Source: Octopus bimaculoides (taxonomy: Eukaryota). Taken from it: a DNA stretch of 64,000 nucleotides. The translations under genes and the position numbers were made by a program. The notes under the pieces are model-generated. The model was not told the DNA's origin and ran no database searches. It saw only the letters and a list, made by a program, of their open reading frames with translations. Position 1 is the first letter of the stretch, and every line of letters starts with the position of its first letter. The stretch spans positions 164,010,100-164,074,099 of the forward strand of contig NC_068982.1 of assembly GCF_001194135.2 (NCBI RefSeq). Reading direction: 5' to 3'. Positions 1 to 12,727 of this stretch are shown here, piece after piece.

Positions 1-1
1 T

Positions 2-419
2 GATCATGAAGAAAAAAAATGCTTTCTAATTGATGTATCAATACCAGCAGATGACAACGTTTCTCTAAAAGAAATGGAAAAACTTTCAAAACACAAAGAC
101 CTGGAAATAGAGATAACTCGAATGTGGAGTCTAAAAACAGAAACAATTCCTATCATAGTAGGTGCCTTAGGTATAATAAAAAAATATTCAGACAAATACA
201 TAACAAAAACACCAGGACTTACAAATATATATAACATACAGAAAATTGCACTACTGGGTACTGCACACATTCTACGCAAAACACTTTCAATACAGTAAAC
301 ATAAGAGCACCACAGCAAACCACAGCACATACCCAAGGTGCACAGAGCTGCGATCGGTAGTGAAGTGAAAGCACGTTATAAAAATAAAACTATTGAACAG
401 CAATAATAATAATAATAAT
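2..419 (+). mobile_element. R4/Dong-like non-LTR retrotransposon 3' end (REL endonuclease C-terminus, 3' UTR, (AAT)n tail), copy 1
   Basis: Frame 2..298 reads DHEEKKCFLIDVSIPADDNVSLKEMEKLSKHKDLEIEITRMWSLKTETIPIIVGALG...KIALLGTAHILRKTLSIQ*, the typical REL C-terminus. A UTR follows at 299-401, then (AAT)6 at 402-419. Confidence 0.85.
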
Positions 420-828
420 CTCGGCAAAAGAATTTGATAAGTTCAGAAAGTATTTGCTAATCGAAATCGAAAAGATGTGGTATCTCAACACGGTTGCTAT
501 ACCAGTGATTCCAGGAGCACTTGGAATGATCAAAAAAGGAACTGGAAATAATTTGAGAATGATCCCTGGGTTACCATCCATACAGGAAATGCAAAAGATT
601 GTCTTAACTAGTACGTCACATGTACTGAGAAGAGCATTGTCGCTGTAAATTTTCTTTCTTTTTTCCCCTTTTATTTTATTTCTTTACTTTTTTATTTTTT
701 ATTCTTTCTTTTTTCTCTCTGTCTTCTCTTTTTTCTTTATCACATGACTTTGTAAATGAACAATCTGGTGTGGCTATTTTAAGGGCCTACCAATGTATAC
801 AGAGAATTCTCTGTCATAGTCATAACGC

Positions 829-886
<58 letters not shown>

Positions 887-919
887 GATGATTATGATGA
901 TGATGATGATGATGATGAT
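420..919 (+). mobile_element. R4/Dong-like LINE 3' end, copy 2 (different subfamily)
   Basis: 421..648 reads SAKEFDKFRKYLLIEIEKMWYLNTVAIPVIPGALGMIKK...QKIVLTSTSHVLRRALSL*. It has a distinct T-rich 3' UTR and an (AAT)n/(GAT)n tail at 829-919. Confidence 0.8.
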
Positions 920-1332
920 AAAAGTAATAAATAGAATAGGAAGACAGACATGGTCTTAATTGAGAAAGAAAACAAACTATGCTGGATCATAGATATAGCA
1001 TGCCCAGATGACAACAAGGTATGTGATAAGGAAGAAAGAAAAGTTGAGAAAAGTTGGGAAGTTGAGCAGTTGTGGTCGATGAAAAATGTAGTAGTAATAC
1101 CAATAATTGTCGGAGCCCTAGGAACAGTCAACAAAAATCTCGAGAAGTACGTGGAACAAATAGGGGCTGCAATAAGGGTGGGGCACTTGCAGAAAACAGC
1201 ACTGCTTGGAACTGCTCGAATACTCCAGAAGGTGCTCGAAAAAAATGGGTGCTACGATAGATCACTGGTAGTGAACAGCTGACACTGTAGTACATTTCCA
1301 GCGTTAGAAGCTGTGCAAAGGCAATAATAATA

Positions 1333-1400
<68 letters not shown>
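917..1400 (+). mobile_element. R4/Dong-like LINE 3' end, copy 3 (different subfamily)
   Basis: Reads NRKTDMVLIEKENKLCWIIDIACPDDNKVCDKEERKVEK...VVVIPIIVGALGTV...QKTALLGTARILQKVLEK, including the (P)D...D REL catalytic motif region. (AAT)n tail at 1323-1400. Confidence 0.85.
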
Positions 1401-1401
<1 letters not shown>

Positions 1402-1557
1402 TTTTGTCAGACACACCCGAAAAGAATTTTAGCAGTTGAACGAAAGAAATCTGAGAAATATTCGAACCAAAAATGGATGTTGAGTCCCGTATAACGCAGC
1501 TGTTCTTTTGTCTCGCGCGGTCGCAGCCGTTCTAATCTCCATATTTGTCCTCTGCGT

Positions 1558-2320
1558 NNNNNNNNNNNNNNNNNNNNNNNNNNNNNNNNNNNNNNNNNNN
1601 NNNNNNNNNNNNNNNNNNNNNNNNNNNNNNNNNNNNNNNNNNNNNNNNNNNNNNNNNNNNNNNNNNNNNNNNNNNNNNNNNNNNNNNNNNNNNNNNNNNN
1701 NNNNNNNNNNNNNNNNNNNNNNNNNNNNNNNNNNNNNNNNNNNNNNNNNNNNNNNNNNNNNNNNNNNNNNNNNNNNNNNNNNNNNNNNNNNNNNNNNNNN
1801 NNNNNNNNNNNNNNNNNNNNNNNNNNNNNNNNNNNNNNNNNNNNNNNNNNNNNNNNNNNNNNNNNNNNNNNNNNNNNNNNNNNNNNNNNNNNNNNNNNNN
1901 NNNNNNNNNNNNNNNNNNNNNNNNNNNNNNNNNNNNNNNNNNNNNNNNNNNNNNNNNNNNNNNNNNNNNNNNNNNNNNNNNNNNNNNNNNNNNNNNNNNN
2001 NNNNNNNNNNNNNNNNNNNNNNNNNNNNNNNNNNNNNNNNNNNNNNNNNNNNNNNNNNNNNNNNNNNNNNNNNNNNNNNNNNNNNNNNNNNNNNNNNNNN
2101 NNNNNNNNNNNNNNNNNNNNNNNNNNNNNNNNNNNNNNNNNNNNNNNNNNNNNNNNNNNNNNNNNNNNNNNNNNNNNNNNNNNNNNNNNNNNNNNNNNNN
2201 NNNNNNNNNNNNNNNNNNNNNNNNNNNNNNNNNNNNNNNNNNNNNNNNNNNNNNNNNNNNNNNNNNNNNNNNNNNNNNNNNNNNNNNNNNNNNNNNNNNN
2301 NNNNNNNNNNNNNNNNNNNN
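1558..2320. other. Assembly gap (N run). Other gaps: 14084-14282, 18647-18656, 24886-24895, 25687-25978, 29799-30543, 37749-38013, 39327-40049, 50990-50999, 51683-52259, 53222-53231, 62108-62117, 62638-62647
   Basis: Runs of N, most of them bordered by microsatellites or other repeats. Confidence 0.99.
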
Positions 2321-2934
2321 CCATCAATGGAACTGTAAAGATATGTAAAACTTTCCAAAAATTTAGCACATAAATACATATGCATGCATCTAGACATGAA
2401 AATATATACATAAAAACGCATCCATAAAACAAACATACAAATCTGCGCATACACTAACACCAAATACTGCACACACACACATATGCACAAATACCTAGAT
2501 GATGTTGATAAAAGTTCCAATGAAGGAGCCTTGAATCTATCTTAGAGTCCGGCTCTTTCTCTATTGACAAGAAATACAGAAATGAAACTGATTGATATCA
2601 TACATACATGCATACATACATACATACATACATACAAACATATATACATACATATGTCACAGTTCCTGCGCATTTCTGCTGAACATCAGTTACAGCACAA
2701 TGACAGGTTAATTGTTTTCTTTCAGTTGACAACGCTAACTGACGACAATGTGTTGTTAAACAGTCTCATCTGTAAACCTTCATGTTGGTACTTATGCATA
2801 GTTTTTAAATTGCATAGTGTGTATGAGTGGTCAGCATTATCAGGTACAGTTTTGAAAGTAGATGGTTCACTTTTGAAAGTAGATGGCTTTAAGAAATACG
2901 AATGAGTTTCTGGGGTTACTTTTATCTATAAACA

Positions 2935-3000
2935 AGGCGGGGAGCTGGCAGAATCGTTGGCACGCCGGGCAAAATATTTAGTGGCATTTCGTCCGTTTTA
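2935..3000 (+). mobile_element. 5' fragment of tRNA-derived SINE family A
   Basis: aaggcggggagctggcagaatcgttggcacgccgggcaaaatatttagtggcatttcgtc matches the head of the full copies at 31223 and 42742. Confidence 0.75.
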
Positions 3001-3398
3001 TTTGTAACCATGGGTCAGACGACGAAGAATGAACACTCCGCCAACACTAGTGAATTACTAAGTTCAATATTATCCATACTTCGTAGGCCTTACGTTCAAG
3101 CTCAAAAATCATTATCTTTATCATTATCATCATCATTACCAGAATTGTTAGTAATGTAATCAGAATAAATTTAATGTCGGATTTTAACAATCAAAATAGT
3201 TGATTTACATCTCAGATATTCGTTTCGAGATATTTTGATATATCCAATACTGTTTTTTCCTTCAAATAACCCACACGCACACTCGTACAGCACGCATTTA
3301 TCATCACACGCATAAATATACATACATAATACGTACACACACACACTTACATTTATATATACACACACGCACGTATATACAGGCAAATATATATATAC

Positions 3399-3442
<44 letters not shown>

Positions 3443-4088
3443 TGCAGACGACTGGAAAACAAGTAGACTGATATTTAAATTTTAAAAAAATAAATAAATT
3501 GACGATGTAGTGATGTAGAAAGTGAAGGAACAAGGAAGGATACGTCGACACGAGGCCAGAAGGTATGGAAGATTATGAAATGAAGGTAAAAAAAGATGTC
3601 TAAGTGTGAAAGAGTTTAAATATATCAGCGTGGGTATGTGCGTATACGTTTATGCGTACGCGTACTTTTGGACGTTATGTATACATGTGTGCGTATGTGT
3701 GTGTGTCTGTATGTATATGCATGTATATATATATATGTAAGTTCACATTACTTTCGATGTTATATTTGCAAAGTTCTTTACTTTTCTTATTTATTTTCTT
3801 ATTTATTTATACAATTCATAATTTTTTTTTCAATTCATTTCTGTCTGATTTAACTTCTGATAAAAATCAAACATATTAATTAAACATAACCTGGAAACAA
3901 AAAAATGCAATAACAAAATGAAAAATAGTAAAGCAAAATAAAAAAAAAAATAATGCAAAAATCAAACAAAATGAAAAATCAAACATTCTGATATTCGATG
4001 AACAACGTAGACACATAGGCACAAAAACTCATTGATGCATACATACATACATACATACATACATGCATACATGTGTGTGTGTATATAG

Positions 4089-4137
<49 letters not shown>

Positions 4138-4749
4138 CATACGTACACTATATATGTAGACACATATACTGTGCGCACACACACATACTCACATACACAT
4201 ATTTTCTATGGTGAGTGGCCAAAAATTTAACGACCGTTTGTTTGAGCTATCGAAATTTTTACCACGGGTTGTGTATAAAATTTCCGATAATAGCCATGAA
4301 AATGCCCTTCATTACCAGGCGCTAAAGGTATTGTTTTTAAAATATAGGGGGAAAATTCGGAGTCTGAGAAGACTTGAATTGGTTTACTTGGCTAATAGTC
4401 TCTCATTATAAATTTCGGAAGATGGCAAACTTAACTTGCCCTCCGGAGTGTAGAATATAACGATTTGTTGCTCAGGTATTTTATATTTTAAATAAAAAAT
4501 GAAGGCCAAATATTGAGGTTGAGTGATAGATATGGTGTAAAGCTGGATCGCCAATTAAAAGTGTAGCGAGAGAGGCAAAAGATGGGTTTGGATGTTGGTC
4601 AAACTTTTGTCTGTATACCCGAGAGATATATGAAGACCTTTGTTCCTGGTATCACGATTATATTTAGCATACGTTGTGTTGCCAACTCCCTTGTGAATTC
4701 ATGTTCAGCTTATGAATACGGATCGTTAGCTTATTTATATCTAGCATTG

Positions 4750-4930
4750 TCTCAGGCCACACATTTTGAAGTGGATACAGTCGATCAAATCAAAATGTGG
4801 TACTTCAGTAGTTATATATTTTATTGACCCTGAAATGAATTGTAAATTTGACTGCGGCTAGATTTGAAATCATAACGTAGAGGGCCAGAATTAAATATTG
4901 TCAGGCATTTTGCCCGACGCTCTAACTTGT
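4750..4930 (-). mobile_element. Degenerate SINE family A copy
   Basis: Contains agtcgat...ttttattgaccctgaaatg...ggcattttgcccgacgctctaac, colinear with the reverse complement of family A. Confidence 0.55.
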
Positions 4931-5399
4931 TATCTACCATTCTCCATATAATATAAATCACTATATAGAGAGAGTGTAGGTTTTAGAATCAATAGCTCGA
5001 CGAACAAAATTCATTGTGACATTTTAGAAACACTCTTATATATTCTGAATTCATATCCCATTGAGGTTGACGATGTTACTCATCCTTCTGATGTTTATGA
5101 GGTAAGTACCAGTCAAGTATGTGGATGTCTGAATGGATTATACCCTTTGCTAAAACTTGTGGTCTTGTGCGTGTATTAGTACATAGCTTTAATAGGCTTA
5201 AAGCCAAACTTATATGTTTGTTTCTGTATGCGTAAATTTCTCACCAGTTCACCGGTGGTCCTTAGACCTTTTACAAGTATTTCATCTGCATTTCTTCGAT
5301 AGACTAGATTAACGTAAGTAGCTGCGTTTTAATTTCATTGTTGGTTTTATTTCTAGTTTTTATTCAATATTTATTTTAACCATCAGTTCCGAGGCTTTT

Positions 5400-6100
5400 A
5401 TTTTCATTAGTTGCTAGATTCTTATTTTCCTAATTTATTGTAGATTGCTTTGTATATCATAGTGCTTCATGGGAAGACAGTATTTCTAGGGCTTTCTCAA
5501 GCAGTTAAGAATGTTGAAGTTAATGTCATCAGTTTGCAAAGTCTACATTTCTTGTCAGTCAATGATTGTTATCTTTTCTAATAGAAGTTACATAGTTTTT
5601 ATTGGTTCACTATCTTATTGTTTCATTGAATTGCATACGCCAAGCTCTTCATGAAACCCATGGTATGTGAATTTTGTCTCAAGTAATTGTGTACCGTCTT
5701 TCCAGTAAACTGGTATATGATCTATTTTTGTTTTCGTTGTTGTTATACTCCCTGAATGCTCCCTGAAGAGAAGTAAGTCTTAATTTTCATATCGTTCCTC
5801 AAGTTCGTTAGCTATGCTTAAAATGTTAAAGCGTCCATGTACTTATGCAAGGTATTGTTGAACTCCTTTCTACTAAAGATGTTTCAGTGTTATAAAATGG
5901 CACCTATATGATGTTATAACAGATTAAAGTCCCAAACGCGCGGGAAATATTGTCGTCTGCATAATTATGGATGTTAAAAAAGTTTCAATAATACTGAGCA
6001 ATATCCGAGTTCTTACTAATTGTCCAAATAAAGTTATGAATCAAGATAAACACCGAAAATTTGTTGTGTGTGCTGAGAGTCCAAATAAATATTTTGTTTT
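5400..6100 (-). mobile_element. Possible highly decayed Penelope-like GIY-YIG/C-terminal fragment
   Basis: Only fragmentary minus-strand peptides (e.g. KCRLCKLMTL, EKALEILSSHEAL) resemble the Penelope C-terminal CxxC region; there are many stops and frameshifts. Confidence 0.3.
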
Positions 6101-6820
6101 CATTCTTTCGTATTTCTTTCTTATCCTCTGCTTGCTAATGAGTCCATAACATCTAACACTCTCATTCATCTTGTTCACACATTTGTATCGTGAGGTTGAG
6201 TTGGATGAATATTTACTGAAATTGTTATTCATTCATTCATGAATAAATCTACGATCGAAAGTGTTCTAAATCTCGTTGTTTTCCTTTTTCAAATAGTTTA
6301 TCGAGGAGTACATTATTCAATGTGCCATTTTTTAAAAGACGTTAGGGTATCATATGAGTGAGAGTTGTTCAATATTTCTAGCTGATTATACAATTACAGT
6401 GACTTTCTCACTGGCTTGGATCTGTTATTGTTTTAGGCGTTGAAGCGGTATTCATACGAAAATGTGTGCATATTGTGTTTTGGTTATAATACAACATTTC
6501 ATTCATGTCTGGTATAATGGTTTCACATTTATTTTCAGTGTACAATATTACTTGTGAAAAACTGAAATATTCTTGTTTCAGATTTTGAAATATTCGTTTA
6601 GTGTCTTGTTAATTTGTTTTATTTTTCCTGTGGAATAAAACATGCCTGAGGCTTCTCTTTGAAATATTTAAGGAATCTTCATTATGTAGTAACGTATTTG
6701 TAAAAAATAAATTTTAGCTATATTATGGGACGAATTTCCTATATTTCCGGAGAGGCAGTAGCTTTCAAACCTACAATGTCACAAGAGTATGATATAAATA
6801 TGCTGTCTTCTTATATCGAA

Positions 6821-7155
6821 GGCACATGGCTCAGTGGTTAGAGCGTCGGGCTCACAGTCATGAGATAGTGAGTTCGATTCCGGGACCGGGCTGTATGTTG
6901 AATTCTTGAGCAAGACACTTTATTTCATGTCCCTCCAGTTCACTCAACTGTAGAAATGAGTTGCGACGTTACTACTGCCAAGCTGTACCGGCATTTCCCT
7001 TTCCCTTGGATAACACCGGTGGCATGGAGAGGGGAAGCTGGTATGCATGTGCTACTGTTGGTCTTCCATAAACAACCTTGCCTGGACTTGTGCCTCGGAG
7101 ATAAACTTTCTAGATTAATCCCATGGTCATTCATAACCGAAGGTGGGGTCTTAAC
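6821..7155 (+). mobile_element. tRNA-derived SINE family C, apparently full length
   Basis: A box tggctcagtgg (6827-6837) and B box gagttcgattcc (6870-6881). The central cttgagcaagacactttatttc...ccagttcactcaactgtagaaatgag resembles SINE conserved central domains. No tRNA acceptor-stem 3' end. Confidence 0.8.
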
Positions 7156-10100
7156 TGACTTACTCTTATATTAAATCAATGAAAAGTTAGCTTGTCGTTA
7201 TGATACCCGTTTTCTTTTCATCCTCAGACTGTAGAAAAAATTGTACACTGTTATTGAACTGAATAGTTAGTAAGTCCGTACCTACATTACCATGGAACAC
7301 GGTTCTCGAAGACTGAATTGATCTAAATCAACCGAAGTGGAAATTGAACTCAGTGCTTATAGGTATAAGAGGTAAATCTGAAAGGACTCAGTCTAGCTCC
7401 TTACTTTCTTTTCCTAGTCTTACATTCGACTCACACAGACATACATACGCATGCACAAACATCTACAAATATATATCATCACTAGTATCTGAAAATAAAA
7501 TACACCTGCTGATTGTAAAACAAACATTTGCAGATTAAAAATCAAACAAACGTGCTAGACATAACTCTTTGCCCATAATTGATGTATCTTCTTTTATAAT
7601 GTAACTCTTAGCTTTCTTTTTGTTAAGTCTGAAGCAAACAGAATGACATAAGATTCCAGGAGAAACTCAGTGACACGAAGAAAGAAAAATTAGAAACCCT
7701 TTTCTCAACCTCAGTTGCAAATATATGAAATTATCTGAATGTAGTTAGATGTTATACGTAAAATAGATTTATTGATTAAATTCAAACTTTGTTTCCATGA
7801 AGAAAGTTGTATTTTTATGTTAGAAATTGTCTAAAGTTATTATTTTTTTTTGAGTCTTTGGAGGAAATTATTTGTTAGATCTTATAATAAAATTCTAACA
7901 ACAAAGAAATTTAACATAAAATAAAAATATTACCCTGCGTTATAAAAAAAAGTTAAAACAAACCAAAAACAAATAGATTCATAGATAAATAGTTGTCGAA
8001 AAAATAAAATAAACATTTGCTTATCTTAAATTTGGCCAAAATATCTCATGTAAACGATGTATTATCAATCCTTAGCTACACAGTATAGTGAAATTGAGTA
8101 AAGTAGGTTTAATCTAAATTTGAAATTACAATTGTTTTTCTTTCAGACACAAAGCGATATTTTAAAGGAAGAACATTGTAGATTTTATCGATTCCAGTAC
8201 ATTATTGCTATTTATTTATCAAATGGTAAGAGATGAAAAAAGACAAAGTCAATTCCGGAATCTTTTCAGCTCACAAAGTAGAAGAGCGAATCTAAATACC
8301 GTACTTCGTTAGTCCGACGTTACTGTCTCAGTTTCTTTTCACCGCTATATATTTGATCTATCGGTTTCTTTATGTCTTGGCAAAAATATCATATATTTTT
8401 AAAGAGAGGATAGAAATAGAATTTTATTCTTTTTAGCAAGAGTATTTACAGCAGAAGTAAAGTGAACTTGCATTGATCAGAACTAAGAACTGAATCACAG
8501 GCTCGGTTTGTGATAGTATAAATTCAATATTAATTCTGTCTCTCTTCTGTAAATATAGAGATTTTTCCTTAGAAAAGGTGTGGCCAATAGATTCAGTCTA
8601 ACTACCCTGCTGCTACTTATCATCTCTTTAGGAAAGTTTCTTGTATAATTTGAATATAAAAGGTGGTGGAATATATCTGTTGTAGATAATTTAGTCAAGT
8701 GTTCTACTATTCCTGCTAAGTTCATATTTTTAGGGAAGTCGAAATGTAGTGTAGCGTTTGACATCATTTCTACATTCTGAATACAAATTAAATTAGTGTC
8801 AACGTTGCCTTTCAAGATACTACGTGTATCTGGTATATAGTCAAAACAAACAACCTGCAAATTTGTTATTCTATGACAATGTGAGAAACCGATATTTAAA
8901 GAGAGAAAGAGTGGTTGTTAGAAGAAATTCTGGAGTGCCAGAAAAAATACCTCGGGATATTGAGTTACGTTATTTTCTATTCCAAATCAGCTCTAACCAA
9001 GGATAATATTGATTATCAACCCTAAATAAAATAGTACCAGTAATATGTCGAGTCGATTTAATTTAATGTGCCCTCTCGTATAAATCTTGCACCAAAATAA
9101 AAACTTAATTGAGAGATCACGAGTTAGTGGACTTCCATACAGAGCACTCGGCCTGCTGAGGAAGTAGGACAAACTGCATAATGTAATCCTAAACATACTG
9201 GGAATAAAAAAACAAAACAAACAAACATGATCATGATTACGTATGCTCAATTGATGCTTGATAATAACAAATATTACAGAAAGTAGAATACCTCTCTCAC
9301 TTTGTTTTCATCTGCCATGAGATAAATGGATCGATTTATTATTCAAAACTTTGCTCTGAATACATTATAATTTTTATTTAGTAGCATAGCTTAAGTCCTA
9401 CACTTATCAGGTCAAATCTCTGCAGCCAATTCTACGCAAAATCTCCTTTTACAACATTTTATTTTTATCTTTCAGGCAAAACATTACTTTTTTTCGACAA
9501 GAAGGGATATTATTTTTACTTCATTGCGTGAATTAACAGTCAATTTTTCCCCAATATGATATATTACCGTCTTAAGTGAGTACACATTGGATTTAGGAGA
9601 CGTAAGGGTGGCTGGATAGAGAAGCGCTAGATGGAATTCACCATCTTGATAAAAAGGAAAAAGCAGGACACATTGAATAATGTAGTCTTAGATATATTAT
9701 GTGTGACTAAAATACAAGATGGCCACGTTTAGGACGTTGAAAAGCTTTTGAACATAGATCTGTCCAATTAAAACTGACTTGAAGCTAAAGGCTAAGAACA
9801 TTTGTAGCAATATCACACTTTCTTCCCGGCCAATAAAGACCAATATTGTATTATAATGTTTCCCTCTCAGCTGAGTTCATGGTTAAGTTTCGATTAATGT
9901 TTGAATAAAAGATTCTCAGTGGGAAATCTAACTTCAGTTTTGAAATAGCAGACATTCAATTCGATATTCAACGTGACCTATTCGATAATATAAGTGTATT
10001 TTCTCTACTTTTATATTCTTGACATAGGTGTTAAAGTATTGAAATATAGATTTCTAAAATAGCCTCAGTTCTATTTTGATATGAGGGGGGATAGGGATGG

Positions 10101-11774
10101 ACGTCGATTAAGATCGACTCCCAGGAGCTAACTGTTACTTATTGCATTGTAGAAAAAGCAACGTCGAGTTATCAGAGGCATTTGAAATGAGAGCATGGTA
10201 ATATTGAAATGAAACATGGTAATATTAATTAAAACTTTTGCAGAAACATTTGAATTACGGAAGAAACGCCTTGTCATTTTCAATTCTGTACTTTTATGCT
10301 CTGAATTTCTTATCAAGGTTGACTTTACCTTTCTTTCCTACAGTAGCAGTAACATATATACTAGTCGATTACTAAGTCACTTTCATCGATTATACTTTTT
10401 CCCAAGTCTGAGACTTTGTGCCTATTAAAAAAACTTATTCTCCCAAAAGTATCAATAGCATAGTATTTTGTTAAACAATGATTTTCTATATTTATAAAAA
10501 CACTTTCTTTGTACTCACAGCATGCAATTACTTGGTTGAAATGATAAAATATCCATCACTGTAAGTGTATAATACTGTACTGTAACTATTGGTCAGAAAT
10601 CAAGTAGCATTTTGGTCTGTCGATTTCCTGCGCTTGTTGTTTTACATATACGGTTTGCTTTCTATTTTATTTTTCAGGAATAACCACTGATGTTACTTAG
10701 CTCCAGTATTTGTAAATCACCCACACGAGAATTATCTAACATTTTGGTCTGAATTCCTCAATTGAGGAAAAGTTTCAATTTTCATCCTAGGATTGATTTC
10801 CCATGACATACTAGTTATTCTTATTTTTTACTTTTAGTATTCTTGCTTTTAGTCCCAGGTTAGACATAATTAAACAGATCTCTTATCCAAGGTGTTCTAC
10901 TTACGACCACCCCATCTTTTATTTAAAAAAACACACTCTATATAAGACAGTATTATCCAAAGTGCGTATTTAAACGCTAGTGAGTTATTTGAGTGACGCA
11001 GATTCAACTGCTATTTCTAGCAGATCGAATGATCATACAGAGTTCCCCGAATCTTGCCGACGCAGTGAATACGGATTTCCTCAACCTCCTTAGAAACATA
11101 CTTAGATTCATTTAGTTTCCTCTCAATTTCGTCCGTTTCCTATCTTTGCAAGATTTCACTTGGTATTAATCAAAGGGAAAACTTACCTTCAAGTTTTTAA
11201 TATGCTTATGCATTTCTATTAATTATACTTAATTTTGTTGCCATTTTACTTTAATATAGGTATATAGAATTTTGTATCATAAAAAATGTTTATTTTATCT
11301 CTTTATGGTATTTCCAATATTTCACTGAATGTTCTTTCTGAGTAGCTGTTGTACATTTATTTTGAAAAACATTAGACTTTTTATATATTGAATGTGATCA
11401 TATTCTCCTGCTATGCAAAGAAATAATTTATGATTATATGTTTCTAAGGAGGTGGATTCAAAATGACATTATTTCATATATTTTATTAACTTAGTTTCTA
11501 CTTATTTCCTTTCTCTACTCCCCTTCTTCTTTTTTCTTCGTTACCTTCAATGTATGGTCCTGTGCTTATGTAATAAATCATTATTATAGAGGAGAATCGT
11601 TAAAGCATCAGGCAAAATAATTTTCTGTATTTGTTCCGGCTCTGTACATGTTGAGTTCAAATCTCGCTTTGGTCTATTTTGCCTTTCGTCCTTCCACAGT
11701 CAATAAAATAAAGCACTAGTCAAGTACGGAAGGTCGATGTATTTGACTTCTCTTCAATATTACTGGCCTTGTAA

Positions 11775-11970
11775 AGCGGCGAGATGGCAGAGTCGTTAGC
11801 TCAGTGGAATTTTGTCCGTCTTAGCGTTCTGAGTTTAAATTCCACTGAGGTCGACTTTGGCTTTTATCCTTTGGGGGCCGATAAAATATCTACCACTTGA
11901 GCACTGGAGTCGATTAAATCGACTTACTCTCTTTCTCCGGAATTTCTGGTCGTTTGCCAAAATTTGAAAC
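11775..11970 (+). mobile_element. SINE family A copy
   Basis: gcggcgagatggcagagtcgttagc...gttctgagtttaaattccactgaggtcgactttggc...gagtcgattaaatcgactt...gccaaaatttgaaac. Confidence 0.75.
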
Positions 11971-12134
11971 AGGACTTGTGCTTAAATAAAGAATTATTAG
12001 AATGTCTAGCAAAATGCGTTGCTGCATTTAGTTAAGTCGACTTAGTACTTCTTTTTCCAGAGTCGATAAAACTAATTTCATTTAAGTGTGGTGCTCTATA
12101 TAATCGACTGTTCCCATGTAACAAACTTCTGATC

Positions 12135-12320
12135 TAGGTACAAGGCTAGCAGTTTTTGAAGAAAGTGGGATTAGTCGATACCATGAACCCCAGTGTTTGA
12201 CTCCTACTATATCTTTTGGCACCGAAAGCATGATTGATCTTGGCAAAATTGAAGTGCATAAGAAATATTGCAAAGTATTTCTTCCGATACCATAATGATT
12301 CTGCTAACTCGCCGCCTCTG
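12135..12320 (-). mobile_element. Degenerate SINE family A copy
   Basis: acaaggctagcagtttttg...agtcgataccatgaaccccagtg...aatgattctgctaactcgccgcct is the reverse complement of family A. Confidence 0.65.
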
Positions 12321-12412
12321 CCTTTTTCATTATTAAATTTGGGGAAATTTTTTAAATAACTGTGCTTATTCACTGTAAGATGAGGTATTTTTCGATGTTA
12401 TTATTATTAGTG

Positions 12413-12486
12413 TTCAGGTCACTGCTTGGAATCGAACTCGGAATCTTAGTGTTAGTGGTCCGCGCTCTTAACCACTACGCCATATG
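12413..12486 (-). ncRNA. tRNA-like Pol III A/B-box segment (SINE-type head) directly 3' of a Penelope ORF
   Basis: Minus strand reads catatggcgtagtggttaagagcgcggaccactaacactaagattccgagttcgattccaagcagtgacctgaaca. A box TGGCGTAGTGGT and B box GAGTTCGATTCC are present; (AAT)n follows. No intact acceptor stem. Confidence 0.7.
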
Positions 12487-12511
12487 GCAATTATAGAGTG
12501 AATTTTAGGGT

Positions 12512-12722
12512 TTATAAATCTAATATTTTTCTATCCTTCCTTAATACTGGTTCCCATATGCTGCTCATATCTGCACTCGGTCTGCTTAGGAGATTGTTTT
12601 GTCCTAGCATATGTGCTGCTTCCTTTAGTCTTCGTATTTTCCAGTGGTGTTCGCTGTCTATTATTTTAACTTCATCCCACAGGGGAACGTGGTCTCCATT
12701 TGTCCATACATGATCAGCTATA
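12512..12722 (-). mobile_element. Penelope-like element, GIY-YIG endonuclease C-terminus
   Basis: IADHVWTNGDHVPLWDEVKIIDSEHHWKIRRLKEAAHMLGQNNLLSRPSADMSSIWEPVLRKDRK matches the AEH...W..VKIID.E..W..R..KEA pattern of PLE GIY-YIG C-termini. Confidence 0.85.
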
Positions 12723-12727
12723 TGATC

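Noticed and set aside
1407-2520. Long ORFs (267-363 aa) in the ORF track; similar ones at 29.7-30.7, 39.1-40.2 and 51.2-52.4 kb
   Set aside because: They are open only because they run through N gaps.
2850-2886. 16-bp direct repeat ttttgaaagtagatgg x2
   Set aside because: Only two units with a 5-nt spacer; an ordinary slippage duplication, not CRISPR-like.
3171-4182. IYIY/CVCV/THTH-rich ORFs here and throughout the window
   Set aside because: They are translations of (TA)n, (TG)n and (CA)n microsatellites.
5094-5112. Perfect splice donor GAG|GTAAGT
   Set aside because: It lies in a degenerate SINE-A motif (gataaaataagtaccagt), and no matching open exon is evident.
8495-8860. 121-aa minus ORF in non-repetitive DNA
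   Set aside because: No recognisable domain, start context or splice support; the length is compatible with chance.
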